Virus record (IMG/VR): IMGVR_UViG_3300036851_000339
Location: 6,483-70,482 of that record
Length of the DNA: 64,000 bases
Strand: one strand, 5' to 3'
Origin: a virus
The notes beneath the pieces are model-generated. The model was not told the DNA's origin. It saw only the letters and a program-made list of their open reading frames with translations, and did not search any database. Made by a program: the position numbers and the translations under genes. Shown one piece after another: positions 48,801-57,472 of the stretch. Positions within the stretch are counted from its first letter, which is position 1. The number at the start of each line of letters is the position of its first letter.

Positions 48801-48807
48801 CAGAACT

Positions 48808-48987
48808 CTATCTCACGTTCCTATTTATAATTTTAGCCTTGACCCAATCCCACAACCTCAACACTCCAGCCCCTATAAAGACAGGAGTCATCAACACAGC
48901 CCAGGGCGTAACTATGTAGATGATCGTGAAGATGATGGGTTTTCTGAATGGGTCGAGATTGTCTAACCAGTTAAGCAGGGATTCCAT
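48808..48987 (-). CDS. Small membrane protein (59 aa)
   Basis: Hydrophobic IIFTIIYIVTPWAVLMTPVFIGAGVL segment; GAGG RBS. Confidence 0.45.
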   Translation of the reverse strand: MESLLNWLDNLDPFRKPIIFTIIYIVTPWAVLMTPVFIGAGVLRLWDWVKAKIINRNVR

Positions 48988-48992
48988 TGTTT

Positions 48993-49202
48993 CTACCTCA
49001 ACTTATAAACAGGTTTGTTGTTGTAAGGAATTATTCCCTTTATACCATAGATATCTAAATAATCCCCATCTTGTATACTCACAAAGAAGGAGTCGAACTC
49101 ATCTGCTCCCGGAATGTCTGACTTGATCTGCTCGACATCTTGTGAGTCGCTTAAGAATTGGAAATTATCTGGAATGTCTTTTACATATTCGATGTCTGCC
49201 AT
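48993..49202 (-). CDS. Hypothetical protein
   Basis: AGGAG RBS before ATG 49202. Confidence 0.55.
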   Translation of the reverse strand: MADIEYVKDIPDNFQFLSDSQDVEQIKSDIPGADEFDSFFVSIQDGDYLDIYGIKGIIPYNNKPVYKLR

Positions 49203-49232
49203 TTCGTTTTTTACTCCTTCTAGAAAATGTGA

Positions 49233-49307
49233 TGACCCAGGTTGGAATTGAACCAACGACCCTCGCTTTAGAAGAGCGATGCTCTAAATCCGCTGAGCTA
49301 CTGGACC
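49233..49307 (-). tRNA. tRNA-Arg (TCT)
   Basis: Canonical cloverleaf; TCGCT-CTTCTAA-AGCGA anticodon arm; GTTGG-TTCAATT-CCAAC T arm; no encoded CCA. Confidence 0.92.
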
Positions 49308-49313
49308 AAAAAA

Positions 49314-50327
49314 CTACTCCTCATCCTCCCTAAACGGTCTCGACGCTTCTGGATAGATCATCTTCCAGATTAACTTGGAGTAGTCTTTCTTGTCTAACAT
49401 GTTAAAGAGAATCGCTGGGTACTCGCAAGCGCTAGTGAAATATTGAGCGGTTGCTTTTCTATTTCCAAAATCAGCGAATTGGAGCCAGCATAGATCCTCA
49501 ATAGTTTTATACCTTGATCTGAGATCGTTCTCTGTAGAACGAACCCAATTATAGAACTCATCTGGCACTCTCTCAACTATTTCTTTCAATCCATCAGGAG
49601 TCTGGAGAGCTTCCCAGATGTGCCTCGCGCTCAGCCCTGTCAATAGGCTATGAAGGCGTTTGTATTCCGCGAATTTCATTTTCACCCGTTCACCAGATTC
49701 TGTGAATCGAAGAACGAATCCTTCTTTGTTGGGCTCTTCTAGGGCTGAGAGTTCGTCAAAGCCCTTTATACCCTCATATCGTTTAGCGATAGGAAAGCCT
49801 ATATCCTCAAGGGGTAGTTCTTTGCCTGTTGAGGTCTCTATGATCGCCAATAGAATGAGGTCTTCCATCTCGCCATAATCCACAACTATCCTATTAAGAG
49901 GGTGAATGATCTCGAAGAGATATGTGAGATCATGTCGGAACTCCACCTTCTTGTATTTCCTATCCAAGATATCGTTAGCAAACTCAGACTGCTCACTAGT
50001 GAAGCTCCCTCTTGTAGCTATGAATGGACGCTCACCTATAAAGTATAGAACTCCAAGTGACCCATCCAGCTTCTCATATACCTCAAAAGGGCCATTTGGC
50101 AAATTCCCCTTGAGCTGTTCTATGTTGAAGAATTTAGGGAATGGACGCGCTACTATATGTCCATCATCAGCTACAATCAACCCTCTACAGGCCATCGTCT
50201 CCTCTGTCCATCGCCAATCATATTGACATTTGTTTGAGTAATTGTAGATTGTGAGAGGAGCGGTGGGATGGCGGTGCTTATTTATGTAGCCAGCCTGGAC
50301 CTCCTCTTCTATCTTAAGCCAGTTCAA
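49314..50327 (-). CDS. RNA ligase 1 (T4 RnlA-like)
   Basis: CRGLI; ARPFPKFFN; motif I EKLDGSL; TRGSF; FEII; EGFV; KMK. Confidence 0.9.
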   Translation of the reverse strand: MNWLKIEEEVQAGYINKHRHPTAPLTIYNYSNKCQYDWRWTEETMACRGLIVADDGHIVARPFPKFFNIEQLKGNLPNGPFEVYEKLDGSLGVLYFIGERPFIATRGSFTSEQSEFANDILDRKYKKVEFRHDLTYLFEIIHPLNRIVVDYGEMEDLILLAIIETSTGKELPLEDIGFPIAKRYEGIKGFDELSALEEPNKEGFVLRFTESGERVKMKFAEYKRLHSLLTGLSARHIWEALQTPDGLKEIVERVPDEFYNWVRSTENDLRSRYKTIEDLCWLQFADFGNRKATAQYFTSACEYPAILFNMLDKKDYSKLIWKMIYPEASRPFREDEE

Positions 50328-50353
50328 GATGAGTCTCCTTTCTGAATTATAAA

Positions 50354-50701
50354 CTAAGAAACAATCGCCAATCCAGCAGTCTTCCTCAAATATTCAATCT
50401 CTTCCAACTCCCCTTCATCCAGATCAGCGGTGGGCTCCAGAGTGGGAGGAATAGCGTTAGGGAACATCAGCGGTCCTGCGTGAATCTGGACGATCTCTCT
50501 TCCTCCCCATATCACTGGACCAAAGGCGGTGTCGCGGGCATCAGTGAGGATTGCTCCGAATCGGACATCCGCGAGAATCTGATTATCTCCAAGTCCCTCC
50601 TCTTTCAGGCGTTGGACTATAAAATCAAGGTCATCTACTGTCATTTGTTTAATCCTCGTGGCAAGGAGCCACGGTTCGGAAGTTTTATTTGTGGTATTCA
50701 T
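50354..50701 (-). CDS. Hypothetical protein
   Basis: 115-aa ORF. Confidence 0.5.
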   Translation of the reverse strand: MNTTNKTSEPWLLATRIKQMTVDDLDFIVQRLKEEGLGDNQILADVRFGAILTDARDTAFGPVIWGGREIVQIHAGPLMFPNAIPPTLEPTADLDEGELEEIEYLRKTAGLAIVS

Positions 50702-50727
50702 GTTACTAATGAAAGTAACAAAAGTAA

Positions 50728-51275
50728 CTAACAGGAGCAGCTAAAATAAGTGTTCTCTACTATATCCTGAGTCACCTTCTTACCTGTGTAGATTTGGTAA
50801 TGACGCCAGAATTCCTCTCTATCGCAGTCATACATCTCGGTTCCAAAGTAGAGATTACTCTCAAACCCATTGACCACGGCATCAGCTTGTTCTAGGAGCT
50901 CGTCTAATTCCATATATCCATGCACTGCTATTTCCCTTAAATACTCAAGGGATTCCTTCTGCGCATTGGTGGTTGCCCTCTCTTCAGGAGTCTTAGGGAA
51001 TCCTTGTGGACCCACTCATGCCTTAGACTCTCGATTGTGTATGGGAAGGGAAGGGCGTAGAATTTCTGACCGGGATAGATCTGAGATCGGAGGAATGGAT
51101 CAGCCACTGCGTTTATTTCTCTAACAGTATCAGCCATTCCATCAGGTGTGACATGAATGCGCTGACCTGCTGCTATATATCCCAATGATGTTACTGGGAG
51201 AATGGCAATATGGATGGCATCCCTCTCCTCACCACCTTTTAGCAGCTCACCTAATATTGGTTTGTTTTCCGCCAT
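50728..51275 (-). CDS. Conserved phage protein apparently split by a frameshift (ORFs 50937-51275 and 50728-51015)
   Basis: RDAIHIA..P...ADPFL...SLRHEW N-terminal half and EFW.HY..TG...FSCSC C-terminal half lie in different frames. Confidence 0.5.
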
Positions 51276-51313
51276 CTATTCTCCTCCCGGAAACAAGAAC
51301 TCTTCCAATTTTT

Positions 51314-51847
51314 CTAAAAATTCAGCCATGCAAATTCTCCAAACAGTTTTTTGGCCTCTTTATCGTAAGCCTTAGCTGCATCAATTTCAGTGTCATATAC
51401 GCCAATATGTTTTTGATTCCCGCTTATGCAAATAGTGGCTACCCATCCATCTCTGCCCTTCGGTTTAGGTCCTCTAGAGCCTCCTCCCTTACTTCTAACT
51501 AGTCTAGATACTCCCTTATATTTGGAAGAGGTATTCTTTCTTGGTCTACGATTTTGACAATTCTGTTTTTGGGTAGAGAATCTAAGATTAGCTCTCCTAT
51601 TATCCAGGCCATCTCCGTTTATATGATCTACCTGCTGACCCGGTTTGGCGTCCATGATAAGTCTATGCATCGTCAGGCCGGATCTACGTCCAGAGCTATT
51701 TGTTATGTTAGCCCTTGCATAGATAGTTTGGTTGTCCTTTTTGGGAAACCAGTTATATTTGTTGACTAGTTGATAATATCTATCATCTACTAGAGCTACT
51801 AAATCATTTGTTAGGTATATCTTTTTCATGCTGAAATAATAACTCAT
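51314..51847 (-). CDS. HNH-AP2 homing endonuclease
   Basis: ALVDD; MHRLIM; VDHINGDGLDNRRANLR; SKYKGV; AAKAYD..A..LFGEFA.LNF. Confidence 0.92.
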   Translation of the reverse strand: MSYYFSMKKIYLTNDLVALVDDRYYQLVNKYNWFPKKDNQTIYARANITNSSGRRSGLTMHRLIMDAKPGQQVDHINGDGLDNRRANLRFSTQKQNCQNRRPRKNTSSKYKGVSRLVRSKGGGSRGPKPKGRDGWVATICISGNQKHIGVYDTEIDAAKAYDKEAKKLFGEFAWLNF

Positions 51848-51867
51848 TTAAGTAGATGACCCAATAT

Positions 51868-52062
51868 TTAGATTAGAAATTCCTCTAAATATTCTGGCTC
51901 AAGACCGAAATACTCCTGAACTAACTCACAAGCCTGATCATAGGTTCCACTATTTAGGTGGACTAGGCCATCCAAATCTTCCATGAATTCTTTGATAACC
52001 TCATCGGCCTCTTCTGGAGAGAGGTTATCTCTCTTCATCAGAACTTCTTTCACTGTTTCCAC
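51868..52062 (-). CDS. Conserved small phage protein
   Basis: VLMKRDNLS.EEA; FGLEPEY. Confidence 0.65.
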   Translation of the reverse strand: METVKEVLMKRDNLSPEEADEVIKEFMEDLDGLVHLNSGTYDQACELVQEYFGLEPEYLEEFLI

Positions 52063-52103
52063 GTATTCTCCTTTCTACTACTAATTCTTTAATAGTTAAA
52101 GAC

Positions 52104-52148
52104 AAAAAATGGGGACTGGTCATACAAGCCATTGCTAACCAGTCCCTC
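52104..52148 (-). terminator. Intrinsic terminator-like hairpin
   Basis: GGGACTGGT...ACCAGTCCC followed by CATTTTTT. Confidence 0.5.
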
Positions 52149-53152
52149 CGAGCCAAGTGCTAATACATTCCATCCATCTTATTGAGTAAATAAGTAAGTA
52201 GATGGATCGAGGAGTGGATCGACACTCCTCACTAGAGTCATAAACTCCACTGAGCAATGTAGATTACCTTTTGATACTTGAAAAACGGTAATGGCTAAGG
52301 TATAAAAGAAATGGCGATGATCTCAAGGTAGAAACCACCGCCATTGTTAATGAAGTATTTCCAGGAGCATTATCCTACAAATGATTCTGAATAACAAGCG
52401 CCATTCCTTCATTTGTATGATTAGCTATAGACCTTCCTTCTGGTCTTCCCTATGTTCCAATGCTACAGAGATAAGGGCTGTAGTAGTTCCACCTAGTGAA
52501 ATAAGGCTCTCTTCGGAGTTTCCAGGCAACGGGCTGGTAGTAGATCCAGTTTTAACGCGGGGCAACGTCCTGGTCCACAAGTCACTGCAAATAAAAGCCT
52601 TAGCATAAGCTAAAAGCGTGGAAACATAGTATTAGCCATATCTGGAAATAACAAATAGAACCGCAGATCTCTCTTGTGTAATAGGTGACAAGGGATGGCC
52701 CCAGTCTACCTATAGATGTAAGAAGCTATACTTTAATAGGGCCACACCTTTCGATGTGGACTAATTAAAAGATAGCCCTTTTATGATGACTATAAAATTA
52801 TGATTGGGCTTTCGTCGCAGGAACGACGGTGGGGATCTTATTTCAGATCTTTTAGCTGAGTCGCTAGATTGAGAATTAGATCCAAATTCATCTTGCGGAT
52901 CTCTCTTATGGAGAAGAGACCACTATCCATGATTAGGTCAATCGCGTCTGAGAGAGCCATATAGTTCTCCAAATCTTCCCTCTATATGGAAGGAGTCTGC
53001 CTCTTGTTGTGAGTGTTCTCCAGAGATATTCATATCTATCTCTGGAGGAAATGATGGAGATATAGACTATCATATCTGATCCTCCATAAATAAAAAAAAG
53101 TAACACCCGATGTTACTCACGTGTTACTCTCCATGTTACTTCTTGTTACTAT

Positions 53153-53578
53153 CTATCTCCCCTTTAAATAAGGGAGAGTAGGAACAACTCTAAACAGACA
53201 CTTAGACTCATAAGCCTTAAATGGCTTTCCATCTTTTAGAAGCCATACTGAGAATACACACTCTCTGCCAGCGTTATCTTCTGATGGGAGCCTATCTATC
53301 TGATTCATCCCTAGATGGATGGAGTAAGGCTCATCTGTGCCGTCATCGAATAGGATCTCAATGGCATCACCAAGTCCAGCCGCAGGCCAGGGACCTCTGC
53401 TAACTATCACATCCTCTGAGGTCTCAAACTCCTTTACCTCATCCTTGTGCATATATGGGATGAGGAGTCTGAAAGCCCCTGCGTTGGTGGAGAGGAAGAA
53501 GGCTCCCTTTTTGGCTTGATCTGTCTGCCAGAAGTTGGTCTTGATGATATCAGGTCCATCATTTTCTATTATCACCAT
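53153..53578 (-). CDS. Conserved hypothetical protein
   Basis: GGAGG RBS; TNFW; FFLSTNAGAFRLLIP. Confidence 0.65.
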   Translation of the reverse strand: MVIIENDGPDIIKTNFWQTDQAKKGAFFLSTNAGAFRLLIPYMHKDEVKEFETSEDVIVSRGPWPAAGLGDAIEILFDDGTDEPYSIHLGMNQIDRLPSEDNAGRECVFSVWLLKDGKPFKAYESKCLFRVVPTLPYLKGR

Positions 53579-53734
53579 TTCGAGCCTCCGACTTTAAGTA
53601 ACTAAATATCTCTCCTGATATTCTCCATCCCCCAATGAAGAAGAGGATTGACAGGAGAGCGGCTATCAACCACGTTTGGGTCATAGAAAAGACCTCCTTG
53701 GCCACCTTATATCATAGAGGGCCAGCGATGTCAT

Positions 53735-53926
53735 CTATTCCCCACCTTTATCCTCTTCGTCCTCATCCTCCATCTCTCTCGCTCCTCTCTCATATAGCCT
53801 GCCTCTTTTGTCATCCTCAATCTCAGTCTGGACCCCTTTTGACAGTCCTATGCTGATGATGATGAAGAAGAGAGCGGCTATGACGGCTCCTATGATCAGC
53901 CAGATCATATATTCACCTCCAGACAT
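53735..53926 (-). CDS. Small single-pass membrane protein
   Basis: IWLIIGAVIAALFFIIISIG followed by an acidic tail. Confidence 0.55.
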   Translation of the reverse strand: MSGGEYMIWLIIGAVIAALFFIIISIGLSKGVQTEIEDDKRGRLYERGAREMEDEDEEDKGGE

Positions 53927-53959
53927 AAAAATAGGCCCTCAGCGGAAGCCAAGGGCCTT
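53927..53959 (-). terminator. Intrinsic terminator
   Basis: AGGCCCTTGGC-TTCC-GCTGAGGGCCT followed by ATTTTT. Confidence 0.6.
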
Positions 53960-54037
53960 TGAGTCAATGTTCCTGATGCAAGCGGAGACTCTAACGCCTC
54001 CAGGAAGCCCATCCATCAGATGAGCAACCTGGAACTG

Positions 54038-54205
54038 TTAAGCCTTAAAAGTGGGCAGGTTGTAAGACTGCTCTGAGGAAAACCAAAGGATGATGTTCTG
54101 CTTTCTTGTAAGCTCGAACCTCATCCTTTTGATGTTAACGCCATGAACCTTAAGGAAATGGCCTAATTCTTCGACGCTCTTCATTTGCTTAATATAGCCT
54201 TTCAT
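54038..54205 (-). CDS. 55-aa hypothetical protein (absent from the ORF track)
   Basis: GGAGG RBS; MKGYIKQMKSVEELGHFL... Confidence 0.45.
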   Translation of the reverse strand: MKGYIKQMKSVEELGHFLKVHGVNIKRMRFELTRKQNIILWFSSEQSYNLPTFKA

Positions 54206-54316
54206 CTGACCTCCATAAATAGTGAAGTCCGCATATATATTAATACATGCAGACTTGAGTGATTATTAGAGTCTCAAAGAGAAAATTTCTCCCTGAAAAG
54301 AGAAAGCTTCTCCAAA

Positions 54317-54754
54317 TTATGATGCTAACCTCTTGAGGATAAAAGCCTTAGACGGCTTCGACCCCCCTTCTCTTTTAGGTCCCGGCCTGATCCTATATCC
54401 TCCAGCCTTAGCCTTTAACTCAGATTTCCCTTTTCTAGACAAATCACTTTGTCTTACAAAGTTAATATCCGAATCCTGACACCTATTCGAGTTGAGGCTT
54501 CTCTCATATCGCTGATACTCCTCTGAGTCTTCGATATCAGATAGCCTTGTCTCCAGATCCCTTCGTCTCTTCTTCATAGCCCTAAGCGCTGACTTGGAGT
54601 AGAAGAGAGGAGAAGAGATCTTTTGATAGAGATCATCGAGTATGGACTCTATCTCAGCTTTGGATAAGTCCAGGATTCTCGATCTGTATTTAGGTTTTGG
54701 CTTTTGGGTTGAGGCTGGATCAGGCGAGATGAATACTTGTGGTATTTCTCGCAT
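54317..54754 (-). CDS. Basic hypothetical early protein
   Basis: 145-aa ORF with shared leader motif. Confidence 0.55.
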   Translation of the reverse strand: MREIPQVFISPDPASTQKPKPKYRSRILDLSKAEIESILDDLYQKISSPLFYSKSALRAMKKRRRDLETRLSDIEDSEEYQRYERSLNSNRCQDSDINFVRQSDLSRKGKSELKAKAGGYRIRPGPKREGGSKPSKAFILKRLAS

Positions 54755-54911
54755 TTGTTTAATCCCTTGTTGTTACTTCTGTTACTCCATATCTAAGCTG
54801 AGGCTTTGATAGTAGGTAATCTGAGTAACGTAAATCCGACTTAGAGTAGTTACTTAAAAACTAAAAAAAGTAACATAGTGGTAAGCTATGTTACTCTCTC
54901 TCTCTCTCTTG

Positions 54912-55142
54912 TCAATACGAGCCATATACTATCAATGTCATATGGCCCGCTTTGCCGTGGTAATCTATCAAGCGATTATTGCAGTTAAGCAGGGTAACGA
55001 CATACGCTACAGTGCCAACCTTTTCATCTATCCAGCGAATATGATTTTCTAAACTCTTTTCGTCAACCGCTCCCTCTATCAAACTTCTGTTCAGTTTAGT
55101 GGAAGCGGGAACATACTTTGGATGAAGGTCATCTAACAGCAT
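54912..55142 (-). CDS. Hypothetical early protein
   Basis: Shared TTAAACAAATG leader places the start at 55142. Confidence 0.5.
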   Translation of the reverse strand: MLLDDLHPKYVPASTKLNRSLIEGAVDEKSLENHIRWIDEKVGTVAYVVTLLNCNNRLIDYHGKAGHMTLIVYGSY

Positions 55143-55228
55143 TTGTTTAACCCTTTCTATAGTTAACTTCAAATTCTTCAGTGTAGGCTCAATGAGTAGC
55201 TTTTCCCATAAATGGGCGTAGCCCTAAG

Positions 55229-56176
55229 TTAATCGTTGGATGATGTGGCAGCCATACTCAATTGAGCAATGGCTTTTGTAACGTTGGCCAATGGAGCGGT
55301 AAATTCCATTGGGAGAGCTGACTTTTCGGATTCGATGAAGGCATTAAGTTTGGCCTGATCGGTCAGATCATTCTTGACCTTAGCCAGCAACTCTCTGATG
55401 CCTGCATAGAGAAGACCTCGGAAGCGAACAGTACACAGAGCTTGGACAAATTCGACAGGCCATTCAAAACGTGAATCGCCTGCCTCGCCTGTTAGAGCAC
55501 TCTTGATACTCTCACGGCTTTGGGAATCACCTGTGACAATCGCCTGTGTTAGTGACGCTACTAACTCGATTCCCTTGTAGAGCCGTTCCCCCGCCTTGCC
55601 GTGTTGGACAAGGTAAGTGGGCTGGATGCGAATGCCCCAGTTCTTTGCTTCGTCTGTCCCAATGGCAGTTGCGCCCTGAAAGCCCTTACCTCCATTTTCC
55701 GAGAGAGCGGCTGACCGTCTCTCTACGCCCTTTTTACTCTTTTTGACCTGTCCAAAGAACAGGACATTCGGAAGAGTGTAAAGGCACTCAAGCAGGTATT
55801 TGGCGGAGTTGGTAACTGCAACGTGAGCTGGAATGGAATACCTAATCCCATCCTCATCTTTCGCATTTATCTCAATTGGGGTGTCTCTATCGCCCATTGG
55901 AGCGAGCCCGCCAACCCAACTGAGAAATGATGGCTCTAACTCTTCAGCCAGTACCTCACCTATCTCTTTGTGTGATCGCTGAATTGACTTTAACTCAGTG
56001 ATAAGGTGATCTCGGTCAGCCCCAAAGGCAGTCAGGTACTCAATCAGTTTCGCCCGTGTATAGGATACTTCGGAAAGCGTCGTGATTGAGGTTGACTGTG
56101 TGGAGACCTTTTTGGCCGGAGTTCGTTTTAAAGACTCAAGCAGTGCAATCGCGTCTCTCTGAGTTTCATTTTCCAT
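55229..56176 (-). CDS. First gene of the leftward arm, unknown function
   Basis: GGAG RBS and TTAAACAAATG at 56176; 315 aa. Confidence 0.65.
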   Translation of the reverse strand: MENETQRDAIALLESLKRTPAKKVSTQSTSITTLSEVSYTRAKLIEYLTAFGADRDHLITELKSIQRSHKEIGEVLAEELEPSFLSWVGGLAPMGDRDTPIEINAKDEDGIRYSIPAHVAVTNSAKYLLECLYTLPNVLFFGQVKKSKKGVERRSAALSENGGKGFQGATAIGTDEAKNWGIRIQPTYLVQHGKAGERLYKGIELVASLTQAIVTGDSQSRESIKSALTGEAGDSRFEWPVEFVQALCTVRFRGLLYAGIRELLAKVKNDLTDQAKLNAFIESEKSALPMEFTAPLANVTKAIAQLSMAATSSND

Positions 56177-56547
56177 TTGTTTAATCTCCAAAATGGAAAA
56201 GCCACTCATTCAACCTACACTTATACTATAGCTTTATGGTAGTATCGGACTGGAGCTGCGTCCCGCCTGCCCTATAGTGATGAGGTAGCTAGTGAAGTAG
56301 CGACCGGGCAGATGCTAACCCTACACTCTCCCAAAGGCAGAGAGTCTACAAGGTAGCTGACGAAAGGCGTTTCCATCTGACGCCGGTCTCGAATTGAGAT
56401 ATGCAAATTGCTGGCATCAGGTGGCGCTCCACATTGTTGGGTTCAATCTGCCCTTGCATCAGGCAATCCCCCGAACCCGTCTAAAGAGGGGACATCGCAC
56501 ACGTGAAACAGGTGTGCAATCTCGCGCGTCAGTTGCGCGCAGACCGG

Positions 56548-56575
56548 AGACTACCACCTTTTTCCCCACAGTCAA
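56548..56575 (-). promoter_or_regulatory. Sigma70-type leftward promoter
   Basis: TTGACT-16 nt-TAGTCT with TGn extended -10 and A-rich upstream sequence. Confidence 0.55.
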
Positions 56576-57168
56576 GACTTTTCTTTTCTACACTATAAAT
56601 AAAGTACTTTGTATTATAAAGTATAGATTTTAAAGGACTTACAACTGACCGATCGGTAGGTAAATTCCCCCCATCTCCTCAAAACTCATACTAAAGACCG
56701 ATAGTCCAAAACACCGAATAATCTGATCAATTACGCACCTGGGCAGCGCCCCCAGTAGACAATCTACAGGAATCATACGGAAGACCTAAACACCTATCCA
56801 CCCATCCACCTGTTATCCTATATACATATAGATATATAGATATAATAATATATAGATAGATAGACCTGTCTTCCAGGGGACTTGTCCCAAGGGGTATATA
56901 GGATGGGGGTTGGATGCGTTACCAACATCAGAGATATTTTTTTTTTGGTTTTCCTCTATATACGCAACTAGACATACTTCGATGTTTGAGTTACTACACC
57001 TAATATAACAGAGGAAATAAATGGACAGGACCGGCAGGGCATAAAATGGCTCAATCACACTTCCTTTAAGGAATTCCCTTTTCTTGCTTGGCCTAAAGCC
57101 AGAATAGCATGGATTTTCCAATCTGTCAAAATAAACCCCACCTCCCTCAACAAAATCGTTAAAATCCC

Positions 57169-57196
57169 TTGTAACTTCCCTAACTTGTGCTATAAC
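57169..57196 (+). promoter_or_regulatory. Sigma70-type rightward promoter
   Basis: TTGTAA-16 nt-TATAAC with TGTG extended -10. Confidence 0.55.
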
Positions 57197-57259
57197 ACAA
57201 TCCTGAACTACTAATTTCATAATAGTTCGCCAGTAATAACACAGAAGTAAGGAGAAGTA

Positions 57260-57472
57260 ATGTCACATAATCAAGATCGTTTACTACAATTTTTCGAATA
57301 TTCCCATCTTCCAGAGCGTCTTCAGAGAATCTCGATGTCATTCCATAATTTGGCTAGATGGATGTGCGATGAATTACCACAAAATCCAGAAAGAACAGTA
57401 GCTCTTCGAAAATTACTAGAAGCCAAGGATTGTGCAGTTCGAGCATCTCTCTACAAAGAGGAGACGAAATGA
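57260..57472 (+). CDS. Small helical-hairpin protein resembling Acb2/Tad1-type nucleotide sponges
   Basis: LQFFEYSHLP..LQ..S..F; LPQNPERTVALRKLLEAKDCAVRA. Confidence 0.6.
   Translation: MSHNQDRLLQFFEYSHLPERLQRISMSFHNLARWMCDELPQNPERTVALRKLLEAKDCAVRASLYKEETK

Noticed and set aside
53099-53150. CRISPR-like or iteron array
   Set aside because: Repeats are 7 bp with 3-5-bp spacers, far too short for CRISPR, and there is no cas operon; the Cas4-like gene sits in a recombination module
56813-57220. 135-aa minus-strand ORF in the divergence region
   Set aside because: It runs through the low-complexity AT tract and the rightward promoter, with no RBS
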